From: Pseudomonas aeruginosa
Lineage (GTDB): Bacteria; Pseudomonadota; Gammaproteobacteria; Pseudomonadales; Pseudomonadaceae
Assembly (NCBI RefSeq): GCF_001457615.1
Contig: NZ_LN831024.1
Coordinates: 5,550,001 to 5,582,000, forward strand
Reading direction: 5' to 3'
Length of the DNA: 32,000 bases
Shown: piece by piece, positions 13,989 through 22,182 of the stretch
How the letters are laid out: each line of letters starts with the position of its first letter
Position numbering within the stretch: the stretch's first letter is position 1
Made by a program: the position numbers and the translations under genes
Notes under the pieces: generated by a model
What the model was told of the DNA's origin: nothing
Seen by the model: the letters and a program-made list of their open reading frames with translations, nothing else
Database searches by the model: none

Positions 13989-14097
13989 AGAAAATACCTT
14001 CCACTGCGAAATTTTGTAGTACAAGTGCTTGACGACTTATTTCACGTGATGAATTATGTACCCACATTCAGCCCCAACCCGTCAAGCGGAGGCTTCC
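13989..14097. promoter_or_regulatory. Divergent nadD2/pncA promoter with candidate NrtR operators
   Basis: Contains the palindrome TTGTA-G-TACAA (14014-14024) and TTCACGTGATGAA (14041-14053), in an AT-richer 109-bp divergent gap. Confidence 0.55.
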
Positions 14098-14757
14098 ATG
14101 AATCGTCCCAGCAAGATCGCCAGCTTCGATGTCGACGCCCAGAAAGGCTTCACCCCGCTGTGCCCGGACGAACTGCCGGTGCCCGGCGGCGACGCCATCG
14201 GCGCCGCCCTCAACCAACTGGCCAGCCGCGCCGCGCTGCGCCTGGGCAGCAAGGACGCGCACAGCCCGAAGGCTGCCTGGGTAGTGGAAAGCGCCGAGCA
14301 GATGCTGCGGCCGCTGGCCTATCCGGATGCCGACCTGACCTGGGTGAGCCACTGCGTACCGGGTACGCCGGGTTTCGAGCTGCTCGACGAACTGCCGCGG
14401 CCGATCGACTACGACTTCTTCGTCTGGAAGGGCGTGGAGCCGGACCTGCATCCCTACGGCGCCTGCTACCACGATCTGGCGGAACGCCGCAGCACCGGGG
14501 TCATCGAATACCTGAGGCAGAATGGCGTGAGCCATGTGCTGGTGGGTGGCCTGGCGCTGGACTACTGCGTGAAGAACACCGCCCTGCAACTGCGCCGCGC
14601 CGGTTTCGAGGTGCTGCTCTACCTGCCCGCCTGCCGGGCCATCGCCGAGGACACCGCGCAGCGGGCCTGCGACGAGATGCGCGACGCCGGGGTGATCCTC
14701 TGCGCCGACCTGGAACGACTGGATAGCGCCCTCGCCGGCGCCGACAAGGAGAAGTGA
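14098..14757 (+). CDS. pncA: Nicotinamidase
   Basis: 219 aa: [31 protein letters not shown], then [22 protein letters not shown] (catalytic Cys region). Confidence 0.93.
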   Translation: MNRPSKIASFDVDAQKGFTPLCPDELPVPGGDAIGAALNQLASRAALRLGSKDAHSPKAAWVVESAEQMLRPLAYPDADLTWVSHCVPGTPGFELLDELPRPIDYDFFVWKGVEPDLHPYGACYHDLAERRSTGVIEYLRQNGVSHVLVGGLALDYCVKNTALQLRRAGFEVLLYLPACRAIAEDTAQRACDEMRDAGVILCADLERLDSALAGADKEK

Positions 14758-14759
14758 AC

Positions 14760-15959
14760 ATGGCCGAAAGCGTCTTTGCCGAGCGCATCGTGCAGAACCT
14801 GCTCGATACCGATTTCTACAAGCTGACCATGATGCAGGCGGTGCTGCACAACTACCCCAACGCCGAAGTGGAGTGGGAATTCCGCTGCCGCAACGCCGAG
14901 GACCTGCGTCCGTACCTGGCGGAGATCCGCTACCAGATCGAGCGCCTCGCCGAAGTCGAGGTAACCGCCGACCAGCTCGCCTTCCTCGAACGCATCCCGT
15001 TCATGAAGCCGGACTTCATCCGCTTCCTCAGCCTGTTCCGCTTCAACCTGCGCTACGTGCACACCGGCATCGAGGATGGCCAACTGGCGATCCGCCTGCG
15101 CGGCCCATGGCTGCACGTGATCCTCTTCGAGGTGCCGCTGCTGGCCATCGTCAGCGAGGTGCGCAACCGTTATCGCTACCGCGAGGTGGTCCTGGAACAG
15201 GTCGGCGAGCAGCTCTATCGCAAGCTCGACTGGCTCTCCGCCCAGGCCAGCAGCGAGGAACTCGCGGAATTCCAGGTCGCCGACTTCGGCACCCGCCGGC
15301 GCTTCTCCTACCGCACCCAGGAGGAAGTGGTGCATATCCTCAAGCGCGACTTCCCCGGGCGCTTCGTCGGCACCAGCAACGTGCACCTGGCCCGCGAGTA
15401 CGATCTCAAGCCGATCGGCACCATGGCCCACGAATGGCTGATGGCCCATCAGCAACTCGGCCCGCGGCTGGTCGACAGCCAGCAAGCGGCGCTGGACTGC
15501 TGGGTCCGCGAGTACCGCGGACAGCTCGGCATAGCCCTGACCGACTGCATTACCATGGATGCCTTCCTCGACGACTTCGACCTGTACTTCGCCAAGCTCT
15601 TCGACGGCCTGCGCCACGATTCGGGCGACCCGCTGGCCTGGGCGGAGAAAGCCATCGCCCACTACCGCCGCCTGGGTATCGACCCGCTGAGCAAGACCCT
15701 GGTGTTCTCCGACGGGCTGGACATGCCCAAGGCGTTGCAGCTGTTCCGCGCGCTACGTGGCAAGATCAACGTCAGCTTCGGCATCGGCACCAACCTGACC
15801 TGCGACATCCCGGGGGTCGAGCCGATGAACATCGTCCTGAAGATGACGGCCTGCAACGGCCATCCGGTGGCGAAGATATCCGACGCCCCGGGCAAGACCC
15901 AATGCCGCGACGAGAACTTCGTCGCCTACCTCCGCCACGTCTTCAACGTGCCGGCCTAA
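14760..15959 (+). CDS. pncB1: Nicotinate phosphoribosyltransferase
   Basis: 399 aa: [68 protein letters not shown]. Alternative GTG start at 14754 overlaps the pncA stop. Confidence 0.93.
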   Translation: MAESVFAERIVQNLLDTDFYKLTMMQAVLHNYPNAEVEWEFRCRNAEDLRPYLAEIRYQIERLAEVEVTADQLAFLERIPFMKPDFIRFLSLFRFNLRYVHTGIEDGQLAIRLRGPWLHVILFEVPLLAIVSEVRNRYRYREVVLEQVGEQLYRKLDWLSAQASSEELAEFQVADFGTRRRFSYRTQEEVVHILKRDFPGRFVGTSNVHLAREYDLKPIGTMAHEWLMAHQQLGPRLVDSQQAALDCWVREYRGQLGIALTDCITMDAFLDDFDLYFAKLFDGLRHDSGDPLAWAEKAIAHYRRLGIDPLSKTLVFSDGLDMPKALQLFRALRGKINVSFGIGTNLTCDIPGVEPMNIVLKMTACNGHPVAKISDAPGKTQCRDENFVAYLRHVFNVPA

Positions 15960-15987
15960 TCCTTTCGCACCTAACGGGAGCCCGAAC

Positions 15988-16815
15988 ATGCAACAGATCC
16001 AACGCGACATCGCCCAAGCCCTGCAGGTCCAGCCGCCGTTCCAGTCGGAGGCCGACGTGCAGGCGCAGATCGCCCGGCGCATCGCCTTCATCCAGCAGTG
16101 CCTGAAGGATTCCGGGCTGAAGACCCTGGTGCTGGGGATCAGCGGCGGCGTCGACTCGCTCACCGCCGGCCTGCTGGCCCAGCGCGCCGTCGAGCAACTG
16201 CGCGAGCAGACCGGCGACCAGGCCTACCGCTTCATCGCCGTGCGCCTGCCCTACCAGGTGCAGCAGGACGAGGCCGATGCCCAGGCCTCGCTGGCGACCA
16301 TCCGCGCCGACGAAGAGCAGACCGTCAACATCGGTCCGTCGGTGAAAGCCCTGGCGGAACAGCTGGAAGCCCTGGAAGGACTCGAGCCGGCGAAGAGCGA
16401 CTTCGTCATCGGCAATATCAAGGCGCGCATCCGCATGGTCGCCCAGTACGCCATCGCCGGCGCCCGCGGCGGCCTGGTGATCGGCACCGACCATGCTGCC
16501 GAGGCGGTCATGGGGTTCTTCACCAAGTTCGGCGACGGCGCCTGCGACCTGGCTCCGCTCAGCGGCCTGGCCAAGCATCAGGTGCGCGCCCTCGCCCGCG
16601 CCCTCGGCGCTCCGGAGAACCTGGTGGAGAAGATCCCCACCGCCGACCTCGAGGACCTGCGCCCCGGCCATCCGGACGAGGCTTCCCACGGCGTCACCTA
16701 TGCCGAGATCGACGCCTTCCTGCACGGCCAGCCGCTGCGCGAGGAAGCTGCGCGGGTGATCGTCGACACCTACCACAAGACCCAGCACAAGCGCGAACTG
16801 CCGAAGGCGCCCTGA
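15988..16815 (+). CDS. nadE: NH3-dependent NAD+ synthetase
   Basis: 275 aa: [24 protein letters not shown] (SGGxDS P-loop), [27 protein letters not shown]. Confidence 0.95.
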   Translation: MQQIQRDIAQALQVQPPFQSEADVQAQIARRIAFIQQCLKDSGLKTLVLGISGGVDSLTAGLLAQRAVEQLREQTGDQAYRFIAVRLPYQVQQDEADAQASLATIRADEEQTVNIGPSVKALAEQLEALEGLEPAKSDFVIGNIKARIRMVAQYAIAGARGGLVIGTDHAAEAVMGFFTKFGDGACDLAPLSGLAKHQVRALARALGAPENLVEKIPTADLEDLRPGHPDEASHGVTYAEIDAFLHGQPLREEAARVIVDTYHKTQHKRELPKAP

Positions 16816-16834
16816 GCCTCCCGGTCCGTGCGGC

Positions 16835-16857
16835 AGGCCCGTCGTCGACGGGCCTTT
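16835..16857 (+). terminator. Rho-independent terminator after nadE
   Basis: AGGCCCGTC-GTC-GACGGGCCT followed by a short T run (TTTG). Confidence 0.7.
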
Positions 16858-16948
16858 GTCGCGGGCGGGAATGTGCCTGTCGCAACCAGGTCTTCAAGTC
16901 CGCGCGGCGGCGCGCTAGAAGGAAGCTGAATCCCTGCGAAGGCCAGCC

Positions 16949-17872
16949 ATGCGCACCCGTCTCCCCGCCCTGCTCCTCGGTGTCCTGCTGGCCGGCCAGG
17001 CCTGCGGACACACGTCCCCGCTGCTCGCGCCGGTACGGCAGATCCACGCCTTCGGCGACAGCTATTCGGACAACGGCGAAAGCCAGCGACTGACCCGCGA
17101 GATGCTCGCCAAGGGCATCGCCGGCGCCCAGGCATTGCCCGGCGAAGTCTACTGGCAGGGCCGCTGGAGCAACGGCCCGACCGCCGTCGAGGTGCTCGCC
17201 CGCCAGCTCGGCGCACAACTGGCCGACCATGCGGTGGGCGGCGCCAAGAGCGGAGCGGACAACTACTACGGCTGGATGAGCGCCTACCGCCATACCGGCC
17301 TCGCCGGCCAGGTCGACGCCTACCTCGCCACGCTGGACGGCAAGCCGGCCGACGGCCAGGCGCTGCACTTCATCTTCGTCTCCGCCAACGATTTCTTCGA
17401 GCACGAGGATTTCGCCGGCGAGCAGCCCCTGGAACAACTGGCCGGCAGCAGCGTGGCGAACATCCGCGCCGCGGTGCAGCGTCTCGGAGAGGCCGGCGCA
17501 CGACGCTTCCTGGTGGTCAGTTCGACCGACCTGAGCGTGGTCCCGGCGGTGGTCGCCGGTAACCGGGTCGAGCGGGCGCAGCGCTACCTGCAGGCAGTCA
17601 ACGCCAGCCTGCCGATCCAGCTCGCCGCCCTGCGCAAGACCCGCGGCCTGGAGCTGAGCTGGTTCGACCATCTCACCTTCAGCCGCCACTTGCGGCGCAA
17701 CCCGGCGCGCTATGGCCTGGTGGAGCTGGACGCGCCCTGCCAGCCGACCCAGCCCAGCGTCCGCCCGGCCTGCGCCAACCCGGACCAGTACTACTTCTGG
17801 GACGAGTGGCATCCGACCCGGCGCGTGCACCAACTGGCCGGCGAGGCGATGGCGGCACGCTACGCGCGCTGA
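16949..17872 (+). CDS. choE: SGNH/GDSL hydrolase, probable ChoE cholinesterase
   Basis: 307 aa: N-terminal signal, IHAFGDSYSDNGES (block I), SANDFF (block III), DEWHPTRRVHQLAGE (block V Asp-His). Confidence 0.88.
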   Translation: MRTRLPALLLGVLLAGQACGHTSPLLAPVRQIHAFGDSYSDNGESQRLTREMLAKGIAGAQALPGEVYWQGRWSNGPTAVEVLARQLGAQLADHAVGGAKSGADNYYGWMSAYRHTGLAGQVDAYLATLDGKPADGQALHFIFVSANDFFEHEDFAGEQPLEQLAGSSVANIRAAVQRLGEAGARRFLVVSSTDLSVVPAVVAGNRVERAQRYLQAVNASLPIQLAALRKTRGLELSWFDHLTFSRHLRRNPARYGLVELDAPCQPTQPSVRPACANPDQYYFWDEWHPTRRVHQLAGEAMAARYAR

Positions 17873-17886
17873 GCCCGGCGCGCGCC

Positions 17887-17922
17887 CATGAAAAAGCCCG
17901 GCAGCGGCCGGGCTTTTTCATG
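17887..17922. terminator. Bidirectional Rho-independent terminator between choE and azu
   Basis: CATGAAAAAGCCCGGC-AGCG-GCCGGGCTTTTTCATG. A-tract and T-tract on opposite arms, located between convergent genes. Confidence 0.95.
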
Positions 17923-17940
17923 CAGCGGATCGCTCGCGCA

Positions 17941-18387
17941 TCACTTCAGGGTCAGGGTGCCCTTCATCAGCGCGGAGTGGCCCGGGAAGGTGCAGAAGAA
18001 CATGTACTGCTCGCCTTCCTTCAGCTTGGAGACGTCGAAGGTCACCGAGTCCTTCTCGCCCGAGCCGATCAGCTTGGTGTGGGCGATGACGCGGCTGTCG
18101 TCGGGCTTCAGGTAATCCTTGTCCAGGCCGGAAGCCATGCCGTCGGTGACCACGCCCTGCATGTCGGCGGCGGTGCTCAGTACCCAGTTGTGGCCCATGA
18201 CGTTCTTCGGCAGGTTGCCGGGGTGGGACAGGTTGACGGTGAACTGCTTGCAGCTCTTGTCGACGGTGATGGCATTGGTGTTGAACTGCATCTGGTCGTT
18301 ACCCTGGATGTCCACCGAGCACTCGGCAGCCAGCAGCGGCGCACTGAGCAGGGACAGCAGGGATACCGCAGCGAGTTTACGTAGCAT
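17941..18387 (-). CDS. azu: Azurin precursor (blue copper protein)
   Basis: 148 aa from [96 protein letters not shown]. Copper ligands H, C, H, M visible. Confidence 0.99.
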   Translation of the reverse strand: MLRKLAAVSLLSLLSAPLLAAECSVDIQGNDQMQFNTNAITVDKSCKQFTVNLSHPGNLPKNVMGHNWVLSTAADMQGVVTDGMASGLDKDYLKPDDSRVIAHTKLIGSGEKDSVTFDVSKLKEGEQYMFFCTFPGHSALMKGTLTLK

Positions 18388-18425
18388 GGAGCAGCCTCCT
18401 AGGCAGGTTGGGCGATGAATCCTGA

Positions 18426-19250
<825 letters not shown>

Positions 19251-19262
19251 TCCGCTCCTCTC

Positions 19263-19958
19263 TCAGGACGGCGGCAGCAGGCTCAGCGGGTCGAGCGGCC
19301 GGCCGTTCTGGCGGATCTCGAAGTACAGCTGCACCCGGTCGGCATCCGAGGAACCGGCCTCGGCGATCTTCTGGCCCTTGCCGACCATCTGCCCCTCCTT
19401 CACCAGCAAGCGGCTGTTGTGCGCGTAGGTGCTGGTGTACGAGGTACCGTGCTGGATGATCACCAGGTTGCCGTAGCCACGCATGTTGTTCACCGCGAAC
19501 ACCACCTTGCCGGCCAGCGAGGCCTGCACCGGCTGGCCCAGGGTGCCGGCGATGCGGATGCCCTTGTTGAGCTTGTCGGAACTGGAGAAGCGGCGGATCA
19601 CCGGCCCCTTCATCGGCCACTGCCAGCCGCGCAGGGTCACCGACGGCGGCGGAGGCGGCGGCTTGCGCGCACGGGTGTTAGACGAAGAGCGGCTACTGGC
19701 GACGTAGGTCGACTTGCGCCCGTCGAAGCGCACCACCTGGCCGACCTTGACCGCGTAGGGCGGGCGGATGCCGTTGGCGCGCGCCAGGTCCTTGTAGTTC
19801 CAGCCGTGCCGGGTGGCGATCGAATAGAGGGTGTCGCCGCGCTTGACGCGATACTCGCCGCGCACGACCTTCGGCACCGACGCCCCCGGGCCGGGAGCCT
19901 TGGAGCTGCACGCGGATACCGCCAGCAGGACGGCGATCAAGAGCAATCTGAAGAACAC
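19263..19958 (-). CDS. LysM plus degenerate LytM/M23 domain lipoprotein (NlpD-like)
   Basis: 231 aa. Lipoprotein-like signal LLLIAVLLAVSAC, LysM RVKRGDTLYSIATRHGWNYKDLARANG, then LytM-like KGIRIAGTLGQPVQASLAGKVVFAVNNMRGYGNLVIIQHG. Confidence 0.9.
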   Translation of the reverse strand: MFFRLLLIAVLLAVSACSSKAPGPGASVPKVVRGEYRVKRGDTLYSIATRHGWNYKDLARANGIRPPYAVKVGQVVRFDGRKSTYVASSRSSSNTRARKPPPPPPSVTLRGWQWPMKGPVIRRFSSSDKLNKGIRIAGTLGQPVQASLAGKVVFAVNNMRGYGNLVIIQHGTSYTSTYAHNSRLLVKEGQMVGKGQKIAEAGSSDADRVQLYFEIRQNGRPLDPLSLLPPS

Positions 19959-20104
19959 ACGGAATCCTTTTCCCGATGAAACCCGGCCGGCTGCGGCGAC
20001 GGTTGCAGGCCCGCACTATACCTTGTTCGCCGGGGTGCCCGTTGGACTCGCCGATGGCCCGTTTTCTCCGCGCGGCCCGCCACCCGGTCCGCGCACAAAC
20101 GCCA

Positions 20105-20125
20105 ACGCCCCGCAGGACGGGGCGT
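20105..20125 (-). terminator. Possible terminator hairpin after the mscS-type gene
   Basis: ACGCCCCG-CAGGA-CGGGGCGT perfect 8-bp stem 3' of the stop at 20145. Weak U-tract. Confidence 0.5.
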
Positions 20126-20144
20126 CGGTGCCGAGCGGGAAACG

Positions 20145-20996
20145 TCAGGCGCCGGCGGACTGCTGCACGATCACCGTCTGCGCCGGCATCGGTGCCGGGA
20201 AGTCGGCGCCGAGGGCGTCCTTGATCACCTTGTTGGTATCGAAATAGACCTGCCAGTAATGGTCGTTGTGGCAATACGGGCGCACCGCCAGCACCGGCCC
20301 GACCAGGTTGAACTCGAGGATCTCCACGTCCACCGGCGGCTCGCCGAGCACGTTGGGAATCGCCGCGACGCGCTGCCTGAGCAGGGCGATGGCCGCCTGG
20401 TAGTCGGCGGCACCGGAAAGCTGCGCCTTCAACTCGACCCGGCGGAACGGGTTGTGGGTGAAGTTCTGGATGTTGTCGCCGAATATCTTGTTGTTGCCGA
20501 CCATGGTCAGCACGTTGTCCGGAGTGTTGATCGCCGTGGTGAACAGGCCGATCTCCTTGACCGTGCCGGTCACTCCGCCGGCGCAGATGAAGTCGCCGAC
20601 CTTGAACGGCCGCAGGACGATGATGAAGCCGCCGGCCGCCAGGTTCGCCAGCAATCCCGACCAGGCCATGCCGATGGCCAGGCCGACCGCCGCGATCAGC
20701 GCCGCCAGGCTGGTGGTCTGGATGCCGAAGAAACCGAGGATGCCCACCACCAGCAGCACGTTCAGGGTCACCGTGATGAACGAACCCACGTAGCGCAGCA
20801 CGGTGGGATCGACCTTTTGCCGCTCGAGGGATTTCTGCACCATGCCGACGGCGAAGCCGATCAGCCAGCGGCCGATCACCCAGAAGGCGATGGCCGCGAG
20901 AATCTTGATGCCGAAGGCGAAGGCGTACTGGGACACCGTCGCCCAGAGCGCGTTGATCTTCTCGGTACCTACGTTGACGATCGTCGTGTCATCCAT
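20145..20996 (-). CDS. Small-conductance mechanosensitive channel, MscS family
   Basis: 283 aa from MDDTTIVNVGTEKINALWATV. TM3 region GLAIGMAWSGLLANLAAGGFIIVLRPFKVGDFI. Confidence 0.93.
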   Translation of the reverse strand: MDDTTIVNVGTEKINALWATVSQYAFAFGIKILAAIAFWVIGRWLIGFAVGMVQKSLERQKVDPTVLRYVGSFITVTLNVLLVVGILGFFGIQTTSLAALIAAVGLAIGMAWSGLLANLAAGGFIIVLRPFKVGDFICAGGVTGTVKEIGLFTTAINTPDNVLTMVGNNKIFGDNIQNFTHNPFRRVELKAQLSGAADYQAAIALLRQRVAAIPNVLGEPPVDVEILEFNLVGPVLAVRPYCHNDHYWQVYFDTNKVIKDALGADFPAPMPAQTVIVQQSAGA

Positions 20997-21246
20997 ATCG
21001 CTCACCGTGCGCAAGGAAGGAGTCTGGCTCCGTACGAGAACCGCCCCTGGCACCGGAAAGGCAGGCTCCGGCCCTTGGCCCGACAACGTCCGTAGCGGAT
21101 TCTGGAAAAGCTAGCACGGCGCTGCGAATTTGCCGGAGCACCGCTTCGTTGTCCCCAAACGGCGTGGGCGAGGCTGTGGACAACCTGGGTGAAAAGGTCC
21201 GGGAGTCCCGGGCGGCAGGGCCTCCGCGAGACCGATCACTTTTTGA

Positions 21247-22182
21247 TCAGCCGGCTGTTTCCTGTAGCGGCAGCACCGTCACCCGCACCTCCGGGTCATG
21301 GCTACCGCCACCGAGGATCACCCCGCGCAACGGCGACACATCGGAAAAATCCCGCCCCCAGGCCAGGGTGATGTGCTCCAGGTCGGGCAACAGGTCGTTG
21401 GTCGGGTCGAAATCCACCCAGCCGTTCTCCGGGCAATACAGCGAGACCCAGGCATGCGAGGCGTCGGCACCGATCAGTCGCGCCTGTCCGGGCGGCGGGC
21501 GGGTCAGCAGGTAGCCGCTGACGTAGCGCGCCGCCAGTCCGCGCGCGCGCAGGCAGGCGAGCATCAGGTGGGCGAAGTCCTGGCAGACCCCGCGACGGCG
21601 CTCCAGCACTTCGTCCAGCGGCGTCGCCACCTGGGTGGCCTGCGCATCGAAGGCGAACTCGCGGAAGATCTTCTCCATCAGTGCCGCCGCCGCCACCAGC
21701 AACGGCCGTCCGGGCGGGAAGCAGTCGGCGGCGAACTCGGCGAATCGCCGCTGGATGCGCACATAGGGCGACTCGACGCGATAGCGGCAGGCTTCCAGCT
21801 CGGCGGCGGACAGCGCCCGCCCGGAAAATGCCAGCCCGGCGGCGACGGTTTCCCATGCCGGCGACGCGGTCAGTTGCGCCGGCGCATGGGCGAACACTTC
21901 GACCTGCAGTCGCGCGCTGACCCGCAGCGCCTCGTGGGGACGCTCGAAGGCCAGCCGGCTCAGCGGATTGCCGAATGCGTCGTGGCCATCCTCGCGCCGG
22001 CTCGGCCCCGGCTCGATCAGCAGTGCCCGCTCATGACAGGCCTGCCAGGCGCATTCGCGTGGCCAGAGATGCGCCAGTTGCCGCGACAGCGAGACCGGCA
22101 TCGCATAGCGGTAATGGGTGTCGTGCAGCACCTGGTAGCGGGCGCCCTGGAGCGGAACGGAGCGAAGCGCGGGTGCGGACAT
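21247..22182 (-). CDS. Transglutaminase-like superfamily protein
   Basis: 311 aa: RRGVCQDFAHLMLACLRARGLAARYVSGYL (catalytic Cys), ADASHAWVSLYCPENGWVDFDPTND (His/Asp). Confidence 0.93.
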   Translation of the reverse strand: MSAPALRSVPLQGARYQVLHDTHYRYAMPVSLSRQLAHLWPRECAWQACHERALLIEPGPSRREDGHDAFGNPLSRLAFERPHEALRVSARLQVEVFAHAPAQLTASPAWETVAAGLAFSGRALSAAELEACRYRVESPYVRIQRRFAEFAADCFPPGRPLLVAAAALMEKIFREFAFDAQATQVATPLDEVLERRRGVCQDFAHLMLACLRARGLAARYVSGYLLTRPPPGQARLIGADASHAWVSLYCPENGWVDFDPTNDLLPDLEHITLAWGRDFSDVSPLRGVILGGGSHDPEVRVTVLPLQETAG

